DNA of 58,060 nucleotides, taken from positions 1-58,060 of the forward strand of contig JARQWU010000036.1 in NCBI GenBank assembly GCA_040182905.1. The letters are read 5' to 3'. The translations under genes and the position numbers were made by a program. Positions 1 through 12,300 of this stretch are shown in pieces (positions within the stretch are counted from its first letter, which is position 1; every line of letters begins with the position of its first letter). The notes beneath the pieces were generated by a model, which worked only from the letters and a program-made list of their open reading frames with translations, was not told the DNA's origin and searched no databases. The DNA comes from Barthelona sp. PAP020 (taxonomy: Eukaryota).

Positions 1-1140
1 CTGCATCAAGATCCCCTTTTTGACAGCTGATGAACAATGGAGACACACCATCATTATCACATTTATTGACATCACTTCCATGATCCAAGAGCATTTTGGC
101 CACATTAAGATACCCTTTTTGACAACTGATGAACAATGGAGACACATCATCATAATCACATTTATTGACATCACTGCCATGATCCAAGAGCATTTTAGCA
201 ATATCAAGATACCCTTTTTGACAGCTGATGAACAATGGAGACACATCATCATAATCACATTTATTGACATCACTGCCATGATCCAAGAGCATTTTGGCTG
301 TATCAAGATGACCATTTTGACAACTGATGTACAATGAAGATGTGCCATCAATATCACACAAATTAACATCAGCGCCATGATCCAAGAGCATTTTGGCCAT
401 ATCAAGATGACCTTCTTGACAACTAACAAATAATGGAGAAGCACCATCATTATCACATTTATTGACATCACTGCCATGATCCAAGAGCATTTTGGCAACA
501 TCAAGATAACCTTCATAACAACTGATGTACAATGGAGAAGCACCATCATTCATACATAAATTAACATCAGCGCCATAATCCATAAGAATTTTGGCCACAT
601 CAAGATGACCTTCTTGACAACTAACAAATAATGGAGAAGCACCATCATTCATACATAAATTAACATCAGCTCCATGATCCAAGAGCATTTTGACCACATT
701 AAGATCCCCTTGTTGACAGCTGATGAACAATGGAGAAGCATCATCATTCATACATAAATTAACATCAGCTCCATGATCCAAGAGCATTTTGGTAACATCA
801 AGATGACCATTTTGACAACTGATGTACAATGAAGATGTGCCATCAATATCACACAAATTAACATCAGTCCCATGATCCAAGAGCATTTTGGCCACATCAA
901 GATGACCTTGTTGACAACTGACATATAATGGAGAAGCACCATCATTATCACATTTATTGACATCACTTCCATGATCCAAGAGCATTTTGGCAACATCAAG
1001 AAGCCCATTTTGACAACAGATGCACAATGGAGAAGCACCATCATTCATACATAAATTAACATCAGCTCCATGATCCAAGAGCATTTTGGCAACATCAAGA
1101 TAACCTTCATAACAACTGATGTACAATGGAGAAAATCCCT
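1..1140. repeat. Tandem 99-bp coding repeat array (about 11.5 near-identical ankyrin modules)
   Basis: CCATGATCCAAGAGCATTTT recurs about every 99 bp (~78, 177, 276, 375, 474, variant ~573, 672, 771, 870, 969, 1068). Confidence 0.95.
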
Positions 1141-1444
1141 CATTCATACTCAAATTAACATCAGCGCCAAAATCCAACAAAAACTCAACAACTTCAATTT
1201 GCCCATTAAAAGCAGCTCCCCAAAGCGTTGTTCTTCCTTCCTTACCCTGTTTGTTCACATCAACGCCAGCTTTGACACACTGCTTGACAACCTCAAGATT
1301 ACCATCACAAGCTGCAAAATAGATCTTCTTTGGACGACCATTTTCTTCAAATCCATCCACATCAAACCCATTTGGAACAACAACTTGATCCATATTATGC
1401 TTTACATAAGGGTCGATTTCCTCAACGGCACTATTAACAACCAT
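1..1444 (-). CDS. Ankyrin-repeat protein (3' end runs off the window; >=481 codons, >=13 repeats)
   Basis: Minus-strand frame open from ATG at 1444 (MVVNSAVEEIDPY...) to the window edge. Two divergent ankyrin repeats (IYFAACDGNLEVVKQCVKAGVDVN; TTLWGAAFNGQIEVVEFLLDFGADVN) precede 33-aa units such as GASPLYISCYEGYLDVAKMLLDHGSDVNKCDND. Absent from the ORF track because it has no stop in the window. Confidence 0.95.
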   Translation of the reverse strand, partial: MVVNSAVEEIDPYVKHNMDQVVVPNGFDVDGFEENGRPKKIYFAACDGNLEVVKQCVKAGVDVNKQGKEGRTTLWGAAFNGQIEVVEFLLDFGADVNLSMNEGFSPLYISCYEGYLDVAKMLLDHGADVNLCMNDGASPLCICCQNGLLDVAKMLLDHGSDVNKCDNDGASPLYVSCQQGHLDVAKMLLDHGTDVNLCDIDGTSSLYISCQNGHLDVTKMLLDHGADVNLCMNDDASPLFISCQQGDLNVVKMLLDHGADVNLCMNDGASPLFVSCQEGHLDVAKILMDYGADVNLCMNDGASPLYISCYEGYLDVAKMLLDHGSDVNKCDNDGASPLFVSCQEGHLDMAKMLLDHGADVNLCDIDGTSSLYISCQNGHLDTAKMLLDHGSDVNKCDYDDVSPLFISCQKGYLDIAKMLLDHGSDVNKCDYDDVSPLFISCQKGYLNVAKMLLDHGSDVNKCDNDGVSPLFISCQKGDLDA

Positions 1445-2053
1445 TGTTCGAAAAAAAAGAAAATGAAAAAGCCAAAAATTTGAATTTTTTCTTTCGATAT
1501 TCAATGCAAATCAGTCATTATTTTGGTTTAATTGTTGCCAAAATGAAATTCGATGATTGATTAAACTAATTTGTGGAAAACTCTTCATAATATTGATTAA
1601 TTCTTTCTTGAGATTTCCTTTTTCGAATTGATATGCAAAGTTGCCTTACCAAAATGATTTGAACATTGTGAAAATATCACACAACTATGAACTTTCATTT
1701 TAATGTTGTTTTTCGGAATGTTTGTATCAAAGACAATTATTCCAATGTTCCAATGTGTCAATTAATTTTTACAGATTTGTTGATGTAGTGATGGTTTTGA
1801 CTTATTTATACTCAGTTGATTCATGAATTGAACCTACAGCTGTGTTGTATGTGTCTCCATCAAGTCTTTTTCATAGATTTGAAAAACTTTTATTTTTTAT
1901 GTTAACCCATAACGTTGGGTTTGGTATAGTTAGAAGTTTTTCGATGATGACGATTTTGGGATGTTCGACGCCTAAAAAAAAAGATGCGATCTAAAGGATT
2001 AAATTCAGGATTCTTGAAGAAAAGAATTGTTCTTGTTGACGTCATCTTAATTT

Positions 2054-2700
2054 TTATTTTTCTTCTTGTACGAACCTTTTCCAGAACTTTCCCAAATCAG
2101 AGACTGGAAAACTCAGTTGACTAATAAATAATAAACCTTAATCTTTATTCTTTTCGGGGTCCAGCGTTCCTGAAAGGAACCTCTCTTTTTTGAGACCTAC
2201 TCTTTCATAGGCTTTCGTAGGAGAGCTACGCTCTATGCAGGGTGTGAAATACTGCATTACTAATTGCTCAAAAGAGCTTAATGCTCCGATATTTTTAAAA
2301 ATTTATCCTAATTGTGGAAGTTTTCATGCATTCACCGTGGCAGGTCAAAAATTTGGGGGTAGGTTAAAAAAAAGTTCCGTACCTTGAGGGAAAAAGGAAG
2401 AATCGAAAAATTTCGATTCACCAGAAATAATAGGCTTGTTCACACCCCTCATTTATTTTTTTTGAAGGCACCTTTTTCATTTCTTCATTTTGTTATATTG
2501 GATAATTGTTGACATAATTGCAAACAAGATTGATACTTTGAAGAATCAAATCTTCAATTTTCTTCACAATGTGTGTCTTCAAAGTTGGAAGTTGTACCAC
2601 TCTTCAATTGAAATATATGGCAGCAAAATCATTTTAAAATTGATATTTTTTGTTCCTCTTGATTTGAGCAGCAACAACAACAAAAGACAAAGGAGGCATG
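2054..2700 (-). pseudogene. Decayed copy A of an unidentified protein-coding gene, homologous to ~47520-48133
   Basis: Interrupted frame ...RVVQLPTL...NYVNN...EGCEQAYYF/...FSILPFSLKVRNF...QIFDL/...KNIGALSSFEQLVMQ...ERFLSGTLD..NKD*GLLFISQLSFPVSDLGKFWKRFVQEEK* (TAA 2056-2054). It aligns at DNA and protein level with the 47.5-48.1 kb copy and has several stops and frameshifts. The upstream boundary is approximate. Confidence 0.7.
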
Positions 2701-3316
2701 AAATTCGGTCAATTCATGAAACGATGATTTCATTTATGATAAAAAAATTAAGGACACTCATTTTAAGATGTTTCAGTTAAAGGAAAAGAGTAACTATGCT
2801 TCAATCTGCTGATCAAATATGGAATGTGGAAATTTTGGTGCAGTTGTGAAACAACTATGTTTATTTGTTGAGAAAGTAAACACAGAAATTTCATGCAGAT
2901 ATATTTCAATCAAACCCCCAAGAAAAGAAATTGATGAATTGAAATTCAATTGTGTGGATGGAAAAAACTTCTTCCCTGTTTTGAATTTTGGTAAAAGAAG
3001 CACTTCAAATCTTCAGATAATTCTTTTAAAAAATAAAATTTTCAACAGATTCAAGGAGCTTCGAAAGCTTTTCCCCAATAAACACAATTCTTTCCCATTC
3101 GAAAACAAATTTTCGCATTCTTTCACTCTCCCATCAAAATCAAAGTTTATTCCCCCAATCGACCCTTACAGTTTTAATTAATCAAGAAGCAGTTTGTCAT
3201 AAAATTTTTCTTTTTCCTTTTTAATTGTCAAATAATCAAAAAAAGCGAATCACATCAATAAAAAAACAAACATTTATTTCTATTTTTCAATCACATTTAA
3301 TTTTTTTCTGAATGAA

Positions 3317-6300
3317 CTACTCTAACGTTAAAATCAAAGCAACACCTGCTAAAATCCATTTATCAGGTGATTGTTTAGTTCTAAGATTGAAATTCCACAC
3401 AAAAGTGGGTCCTCTTTGTTTGGTATAATAAACAGGACATTCATAGGTATCTTTGAAATCACATTTTTCAATCAATTGAGCTTTAACATAAATTACAGGT
3501 AATTCCGGTGCTAAATCCTTCATAAAAGATTCAGCTAAAACACCACTTGATAAATCCCAACGTGCACCTTCAATATGCAAACCATGAAGATAACATCCTT
3601 CTCTTGGGGCTGCAGAGATGTCATTAAAATTCTTCTTTGTAACATCAGTAATTAAAGCCATTTTATCCAAAGGCCATTGATTCTTTCTTGAAGCAACTTG
3701 CATCACAGCTGTCAACAATGATTGAGGATTAAACAAACCTGATAACCAAATAGACTTTGGTATAGGTAAAGAACCATTAAGTTCATTACTCCAATCTCTC
3801 AAGAATTGAATTCTATTCATTAAATCAACAAACCAAGGACCCAAAGGTTTTTGAGAAGGATATGCAACATTTGTCCAAACGGAAGGAACACGATTCAAAT
3901 ATAGAGAATTGATAGAAGCTTCAATTGCAGTGGAAATTGTTAATTCACCATTTAAAGCCTTTTCAACTTCCAATAAAGAAGAACGTAAAACTTTAATTAA
4001 CCCTTGCATTCTAGAGAATTCTTGTGACCAAACATTTTCATATGGACCTGGATGTTTAGGAAGATACTCATCTAATAATTCTTCTTCAAAACCTTCAGGC
4101 AATTGTGAAAGGAAGGATTCAACCAAATCCAATACAATTTCTTCTCTGGACTTTACTTGACCACCACCAACATTAGTGTCTTTGGGCTGAAGATCTAACA
4201 AAATATCAAATAAGGTGGTTGATTGAGTGTTTAAGAAATCAATTTCGGCATTGGGATGCAAGCCAAACATAACAGGTGACTCAGAAGGTAATGTTTCAAT
4301 ATATTCAATATATTGAGGATGTGTCAGTCCAAGAGGAGGAGCTTTAAAATCTGGACCCAACGGTGTTTCTTCAAATATCTTTGAAGTCATAATGGTCTTC
4401 AGATATGTAGCACACAAACGACGGTCAATGTCATCAGAAATGTGTCCACCATACATAATTTCACCAAAAATATATTTTAAATTGGACCAAGGAATTTGAA
4501 CGTTATCCTCTAAGAAATTACGTGCAACATCACCACAAATAGTCAAATCTCCTTGAGAAAATGGATAAGGAGAATTCCATCCAATGGGCCCAAATTTCTT
4601 TCTTTCAATAATAAGTGAATGGAAGAAACATAAAGAGAATAAAATGGACTTAAACTCATTCGTTTTAGAACAAGATTCAAAGAAAGAAGATGTGAAAGCA
4701 TCTAAAGCTCTGTACATATTAGCGCTGATACCAGTAGGGGGTTCATTAGTCATTTTAACAGAATTTTCCAAAATACCTTGAGGAATAGGCAAGGAACTTG
4801 ATGCAGGAGGTTCAGCAGTTAAGAATAATCTGAAATCAGGATGAATATTAGGATCCTTTTGACAACGTTCAATTTCTTTTTCTAAATAAGGTAACCATTT
4901 TACGGTAAGATGAATATTTTCCAAAATGACCCAACCACCTGTTTTTGACATTTCTGTAATAGCTGCTTCAGCAAGAGGAGTTTGCCCTTGTCCCAAAGAA
5001 ATATGTCTCCATTTTCCACTTGATTGAGTATATCCCAATTTATCTCCCAACAATTCAACTTGCTTTAAGGGATCAACACCAGGAGAAAGAATAAAGAATG
5101 CAGGGACGCTGGGTGACAATTCCTTGTAAGTTTCTTCCAAACCAATAGGGATAATATTTACATATCTTTCACCTAGATTATCTCCAACAAAAGTTCTTAG
5201 AGCGTAGATTAACCTATCAGGTCTGAAGACTCTTAACAAAAGCATCTTTTGGAAATCATTTAGATTGTTATAATCCTGAGGAATACGACTACTCTCAGGA
5301 TTAGCAGATTGGAACCATTCTCTCCATCTTTTACTGGCAGATTCAATATCTCTGGTTAAATTACAGAAATTTTCCAATTTACTTAAAGCAACAATGGCAG
5401 ACCAATTAGAATCATCCAACCAAGATAAAGGATTTGGTACATTCAGAATTCTAGGCATACGAATTAAGAAATCGAATTCTTCATATTCAATTTCATTCTT
5501 CCTTAATAAAGTTTGGAAACACAATTTTGAAGAGAAGATAAGTTTATGTCTTTCGAACAATCCTCTGGTAGTGTATCTGAAAATCTTGTAGGTAATATTG
5601 TCAATTAATAAATCAACACGTTCTTGAAGATTTTCAGCACTGGGTGTATGATCAATAGCATTATCAAAAACATTTACAAATGAATTTAATGAGAATTGAT
5701 ACATCTTATCAATATTGTTCAACTCAATCAATAAGAAATATAGCATTGAAGCCTGTGAAGCAACAGGTCTATAACTTTCACGTTTTTCATTAATCTCTTT
5801 TTCAGTCTCTTGAGCCAGCACAACCTTTTCAGCAATATCCTTGGAAGTAGCTTTGGTTGTTTCTAAATTCTCAATCAATGATGTATCAGTCAATAATTCA
5901 GTAGATTTTGATTCGTTCAACAACTTCAACAAATTGTCTTCTAATGATTTCAATCTAATCTTAAATTCATTCTGTTCTCTCATTAATTTTGATTTCTTTT
6001 CTTCCAATTCGGGTGATTCTTTCTTCACAACAAATCCTAACAATTGTTCTTCTAATCCTTCTTCTGTAACACTGAAATTAATTAATGTTAATTGAGCTTG
6101 AACTTCAGGTTGATAATGGGGTGATAGCATTTTGGTTTGCAAAAATAGTTTGAATTTTTGATCAAATTCTAACTCTTTACCACCCATCTTCAAATACATG
6201 TTACGTCCTTTCTTAGTAAAGTTTCGTTCAACAATGGGTTGTAACAACACATCAACTTCTTCTTTCATATTTTCAATAATAGTAACTTCACCATTTTGAA

Positions 6301-9300
6301 TTGATCTTTCAACAGTATCTAAATATTTAGAGTTAGACACTTGTAATATATTCAATTTTTGTTGTTCGTTTTCGTCAATGTCTGGATTCAAAGCATACAT
6401 ATTTTTCAACCAGTTTAATGCTTGTAATTGAGGATCAATAATTAAAGGCCAACGTTTACAAGTGGATAAAATAGCAGCATTTTGAACTGAAACTTCATCA
6501 CTTGGTAAACCATCATTATTCCATTCAGCAATCTTCGCATCATCTACTAACAATGTCAAAGGATTTTCAGCTTCCTTAGATAAAGGTAATCCTAACTTTC
6601 TAATCTCTGGAATCCATAAATCATTAACTAATTTCTTACGATAATGTTTGTTAAATGGTCCAACATATGAACAGAATGCAGCAACTAATAAGATATCACC
6701 AACCAAACTATTTTCCTTCTTTCTTAATTCAAGAATTCCTTCACCCCAACGATCTTTTTCAGATGCTAAACCATTGATCAAACGATTAGCAATATCCAAT
6801 TTCGTTTCATTTTCTCTTAAAGCATTTAAACTTTCTTGTTTACGCTTTGTAGCTTCTTCAAATTCACTCTTTAAGCCATTTAATTTCTTAGTCAATCTCC
6901 TTACATGATCTTCAGTCTTCTTTAATTTTGCTCTGGCAGCATTTAATGTTTCAGTTGCTTCTGCCAAAGCGATACGTTTAGGTTCAACCTCACAATGAAT
7001 ATCATAAAATGTGATGATATTAACAACCCAATCACAAATACCAGAAGCAGCAACACTGACTCTTAAAACGGCTTCTGCGTTGAAATTTTCATCATCTAAG
7101 AAATGTGCCTTGATATAATTGGACCTTTCAATGGGAATATTCTCCTTATCATATTCTTTCAATGCTGCTAAGAAATGAGCAACATTACCCATTAGCTTTT
7201 TAACTTGTTGCCATGTCATTTCTTTTTGAATGGGTCTATTAGTATGAATCAATGTCATAACAGCATGCATAATTTTTGCAACCATAGCAGGAGGAGAAGC
7301 TAAAGATTTTAATTCCACAAGATTATCTTTATTTAAGGTGTCCAATGCCGCTTCTGCTGCTGCAACAGCTGGTAATGCTCTTGATAAATCATCATCTGCA
7401 GCTTTTTGTTTGGCACTAACTTCAATTTCAACAACTTCACATTCTTCTTGCTCTTTTTCAGCAATAGCTTTTTGTTTATTAACAACTTCTGTTTCCCTTG
7501 TAACATCAGCTAAAAGCTCTTGAGCTTCTTTTTCTCTGGCTTTTGCTACAATTTGAGATTTTTCAACATCTTCTTTAATACCATCAACTTCTTGAGCAGT
7601 AACCTTTAATTTTACTAAACCATTATCCAATCTTTCTGCGTCTGAGGCGTACTTTTGTTTTTTCTCATCAAACAAATGCTTATACAATTCAATTAATTCC
7701 AAGAAGGATTTTGGTGTGGTATAAACATATCTACGATGGGTTTCAAGGAATTGTTGTGCTATTTCATTACTTGAACTGTGAGCAAAAGCCATAAAATGAA
7801 CAATTCTCTCAATAAACATTCTATTTCTTTCCTCAGAAGGAATAACAGTACCATCTTCATTTTTCATAGGAATGTTACCAGCAATACTATCATCCAAAGG
7901 TGCTTCAGGATTATACATACTGAAATCTAATTCAGAATCAATAATGTTTCTTCTTGCAACATCAATTAAAGCATCTCTGGGCCATGCATGGAACCAATCA
8001 ATGGAACAACAATTAACCAAAGTAGGGAATTTTCTGACACGATCTCTCAAAGCAGAACCAACAGGAGATAAAGCCAAACAAATATGAAGATTTCTCTTGA
8101 CTTTACCCAAGAAATGAGCCCAACAATTTTCAGGAGTGTCTCTTAAACCCTCCAATTTAACTTCATTCCGTTGACTGTTAATAATGTTTTCAATTTCACT
8201 GTCATCAGTAAATAGACCAGGAATATCACCAGTACTAAGGAAATCATTGATAGCAATAAAGAATTTTTCAGTTTTAATTTGAGAATCAGACAATAAGAAT
8301 AAAATTTGAGTGTCTTTAACACCACATTTAATGAAGACTTGTTGTAAATCAAGATAGAATTCAGTAACGCCGTAATTTGAGGTAACAGTAATTTGGAAGA
8401 TTTCCATGTTATTGATAAAACCGGCCAATCTTGATAACGATTGTTTCCCTGAACCACCAATACCAACCAATAATAAGTGTCCACCAGGTGTTTGTAATAC
8501 CCTAGAAATTCTCAATATATGAGAGATAGCATCATTGAAGAAGATTAAATTCATTTTTGGATAAAGATCCTTGTAACCTTCTAAATATTCATTCAAAGAG
8601 TTTTTAACTTTGTTCAAATAATTTTCAGGGTCATTCTTAACCAAATCTTGATAATTTAATGAATCAACTGAATCACCAGTGAAATGTGAATACCAAGTGG
8701 GATCTTTTTCACTTAAAATGGGATGTTGCTCATCAATAACAATGGCCAATTCATCACATATCTTTTTAGGGAAAAATTCTTCCAAATTCTTTTCAACACA
8801 TTGTGTAAATTTCTTTTGATCATCTTCATCAACTAATCTGTCACCATAAACTCTGGATAATTCATGATAGAATAATTTTACAAGATCATGACCAATGGTC
8901 TCTGATTTCATGTGATTTTTATTGATATTTAACAATCCTTCAAAGACTCTGAAAATTTCTCTAAAATTGAACTTATAATGGAATTTTATGGCAGTAGGTA
9001 AGAAAGACTTTTCAATAACATTGTGGAATGCCACCAATGATTTACTCAAATAATCAACAATAGAAACTAAACCAGGATGTACATTGTACATATGTGCCTT
9101 CAAAATAGTTTCAGTCAAAAATTCAACGGATTCAGTTGAAGGTGCATAAAAACCTAAAACAGCAAAATGTCTTTGCAGTCTCAAATTCACATTGTATGAA
9201 CCAGTACCTGGATTCATTGATGCAATATACTGTGCCTTACTGACATTCATCAATTCTAATTTAGATCTGTCATACCAATGCCCATGATCAATATGTTGTC

Positions 9301-12300
9301 TCAATAATGTTACAGGGCTTTGAGTATTATAAGTATCTAATAATGGCATATTTAAATCATCAATAAACGTAACCAAATTAAAATGTCCCTTTGGTGCAAA
9401 ATTTCTACCAGCCTTTCGTTCAATCTTTGCTTCCATCAAATTTTGTAATTGATGAGCATCTGTATAATAGTTGAAATTAATATTTTGACTTATATAAGCT
9501 TCTTCATCCAATTGTTTCAAATGATAATTAATGAATGCTGTTTTTCCAGTACCAGCATCACCTACAATCAAAATTGGCTTTTCAATCTTCAATAAACCTC
9601 TGGTAAAGAATGAATATTTGAAAGTATCAGGGGTTTCAACAAAAGTGTCAATCAATTCTCTAGGAGAATTTCCATCCATTTCAAATATTTTGTTTTGTAA
9701 GTTACTATATTCTTCTAAAGCATAAATCTTCTTCCATTGAACAAACTCAATTTCATAATGTTCAGGATTTGAAACATGTTTCTTAATAATATGCTTTTCA
9801 TCACCCCAATTGAAATTTTCAAAATATTCAGGTTTTTCTCTTAAAGTCAAACCAAAATTGAATACTGAATCATCACCAGGAATTCTGACATTTCTAAATT
9901 CACCTTTGAACCATTTTGAGAAAATATCTTTATAATCATACATTTGATCAATCTTTAAACATCCACCAAATGCCCAAATTACAGCAAAAATAAATATATT
10001 TTCTAAATATTCAGTAGGAACACCATTCTTAAATAATCCTGTTTCATGAACAGGTTTAATGTTAGGTAAAACGATAATATCATCTTGTTGGTCTTTATTT
10101 TCTTTTCTTTCATCATATAATGCTTTAGCCCCTTCAAAATTATTAAAAATATCAATCTTATACTCCCCATCTTGTTCAATTAATGAATTTGCTTGACAAC
10201 CAATAATTGGCAAATCAGATTCTTCAGTAGACAATAAAAAGGTTAAGTAGGCACACAAAGTTTGAACTAAATTGAATTCATTGATATCAACTAACGATTT
10301 CAATTCTTTATTGATGAAATTCAATGTGTGTTGTACATATGTTTCAAATAAAACCAATAAAGTACCATGTTCAGAATTTGGTCTCGTTTCAATCCAACTA
10401 CGAACATAAGGCATCCAACCAATATCCGTTTCATTGATATACAAAATACCTCCTCTTGAAACAGTAGCAGGAGTAGCATATGATAAATGTGATACTTCAA
10501 ATAACATTCTCATTGAATTTGTTAAAGGAATACGTTCATTGGAGGCCAATGTTAAAACTTTATTGTCATCCAAAACAGTGTTCATGGATTCAATCCAACC
10601 AGGATCAACATCACCATCCAAAACTAACCATTTGGGATCTTCATTATTCATTCTAGACAAGTTTCTCATTGTGTTGGACAATATACCATCCTTCCATTCT
10701 CTAGTAACATTATTCATGTAACCAAAAAGCTCTCTTGCAGGTTGAGTTTTGGGATTAATGTCAGGTGTCAACACTTTTTGTCCCTTGGATAATAAGGATT
10801 GTTCAGCTGCTGCCAACATTTTCCAAGTTTCGGTCTTACCAGCCCCTGCAGGTCCAATTACAAATACAGCATGTCTAACTTCAAATAATTCTTTCAATTG
10901 TAAAATCTTCAGAACAAACAATTCATTATCAGATTGCAAACCACTCTTTTCAATAGCCTTTTCAACAACTTTTTGGAATTTCACATCAACTTTACGAGGA
11001 GGATCCATTCCAGGGAATAAATCATTAATCAAATCCAAAAAGATTAACATATCTGCAGTGACAATCTTAGGAATGTTGAAATCTCTTAACGCTCTCATAA
11101 GAATCAATTCTTCTGGTAGATCAGGATCTGCTCTTCTTAAAGCACCTGCGACAACCAAAACAGACTTGATAGCTCTTAAACCCCAATCATAGTGATGTTG
11201 TTTACTTAACAAATCTTTACACAATGAATAAAGAGTGGTAAACTTCTTAGCCAATTCCTTGGCATCATAGAAACCTTCAGCCATCAACATATTTTCCGCA
11301 ATCATAGCATAATCAGGGACAACCATAGAACAAGGTCTAAACAAAGCTTTAAGATTTTCAGGTAATTCAGTACGACCAGCATAACCAGGATTCATGGTAA
11401 TGAACAAACCAACTGAAGGAACCAAACTAATCTCATCACCTAAAAGTGAGAATCTATCCAGTTTTGCTTTAAGAGAATCAGTGATAGCTTTAACTTGTAC
11501 AGCAACGACAGATAACACAGAAATGGAAATACGATTAAATTCATCAAAACATCCCCAAGCACCAGTTTGAGCCAAACCTTTGAAAATATTACCAATGGAT
11601 TTATAATCCATTTCTTCAGAACAATTAAAAGTAAGGACAAACAAACCTAAAGCTCCCTTACCCAAATCCTTGACAGTTTCAGTCTTACCAGTACCAGCAG
11701 GTCCAGCAGGAGCACCAGCCATACATAAATGTAAAGACTGACTCAATGTAATATAACATCTATCAGTTAAAGGAGTAATAACTAATCTTGATTGATTTCC
11801 CAAATATTCGTAACCATATCTGAATTCAGCATCAACATTATTGATGAAGCAATCGCTCTTTTTATCATCCCATCTCATTCTGAGTTGTGATTGCCATGCA
11901 AAACCTTCAGAAGATTCAACTTTCTGATTAATTAAATTAGCAACAACATCTCTTGCATGAACATCTAACATACATAAAGTCATAACTAATTTTCTTTCCA
12001 ACTTTGTCAATTTACCTCTAATAAATCCAATTAAGTCAAGAATTTGTTGTTTTTGTTGCTTGTTATAATCAATTAAAGCAGTTTCTTTTCCTTCAAGCAA
12101 TTTCTCAAATGAATAATTAACTTCAGTTGTCCACCAAATTTGTGAAGCGACTAAAACAATTTGTGCTGGATATTCCTTAATCCACTGTAATCTTCTGTCG
12201 GAATCATATGTGTTCACAGCTTCAGCCAAGATATTCTTTAATGTTAATCTCATCATATCAATCAAATCATTCAAATAATTTTCAACAGCACCCTTTACTT

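Noticed and set aside
1..1140. Regularly spaced direct repeats resembling a CRISPR array
   Set aside because: The period is 99 bp (33 codons), the spacers are homologous to each other, and the array encodes ankyrin repeats.
20..1483. ORF-track entries 20-337+, 748-1044-, 1070-1483+ and 1119-1322+
   Set aside because: Antisense or alternate-frame shadows of the minus-strand ankyrin gene.
1915..1975. tRNA-like A/B boxes (TGGTATAGTTAG...GTTCGACGC) and ATGATGA C-box
   Set aside because: No cloverleaf stems form, and there is no nearby CTGA D-box.
2160..2280. Cluster of hairpins (GTTCCT-GAA-AGGAAC, CCTAC..GTAGG, ATGCAG..CTGCAT, GCTC-AAAA-GAGC) suggesting a structured RNA or ribozyme
   Set aside because: No snRNA, SRP, RNase P or hammerhead core motif was found. 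The homologous copy B conserves amino acids rather than base pairing.
2150..2420. Faint resemblance of FSILP... and FLSGTLD to Fanzor/TnpB motifs
   Set aside because: The frame ends shortly afterwards with no RuvC D-E-D or zinc finger; too weak to claim.
2490..3181. ORFs 2490-2780+, 2819-3181+ and 2794-3003-
   Set aside because: No recognisable domain. The first is antisense to relic A, and the coding strand of the others cannot be decided.
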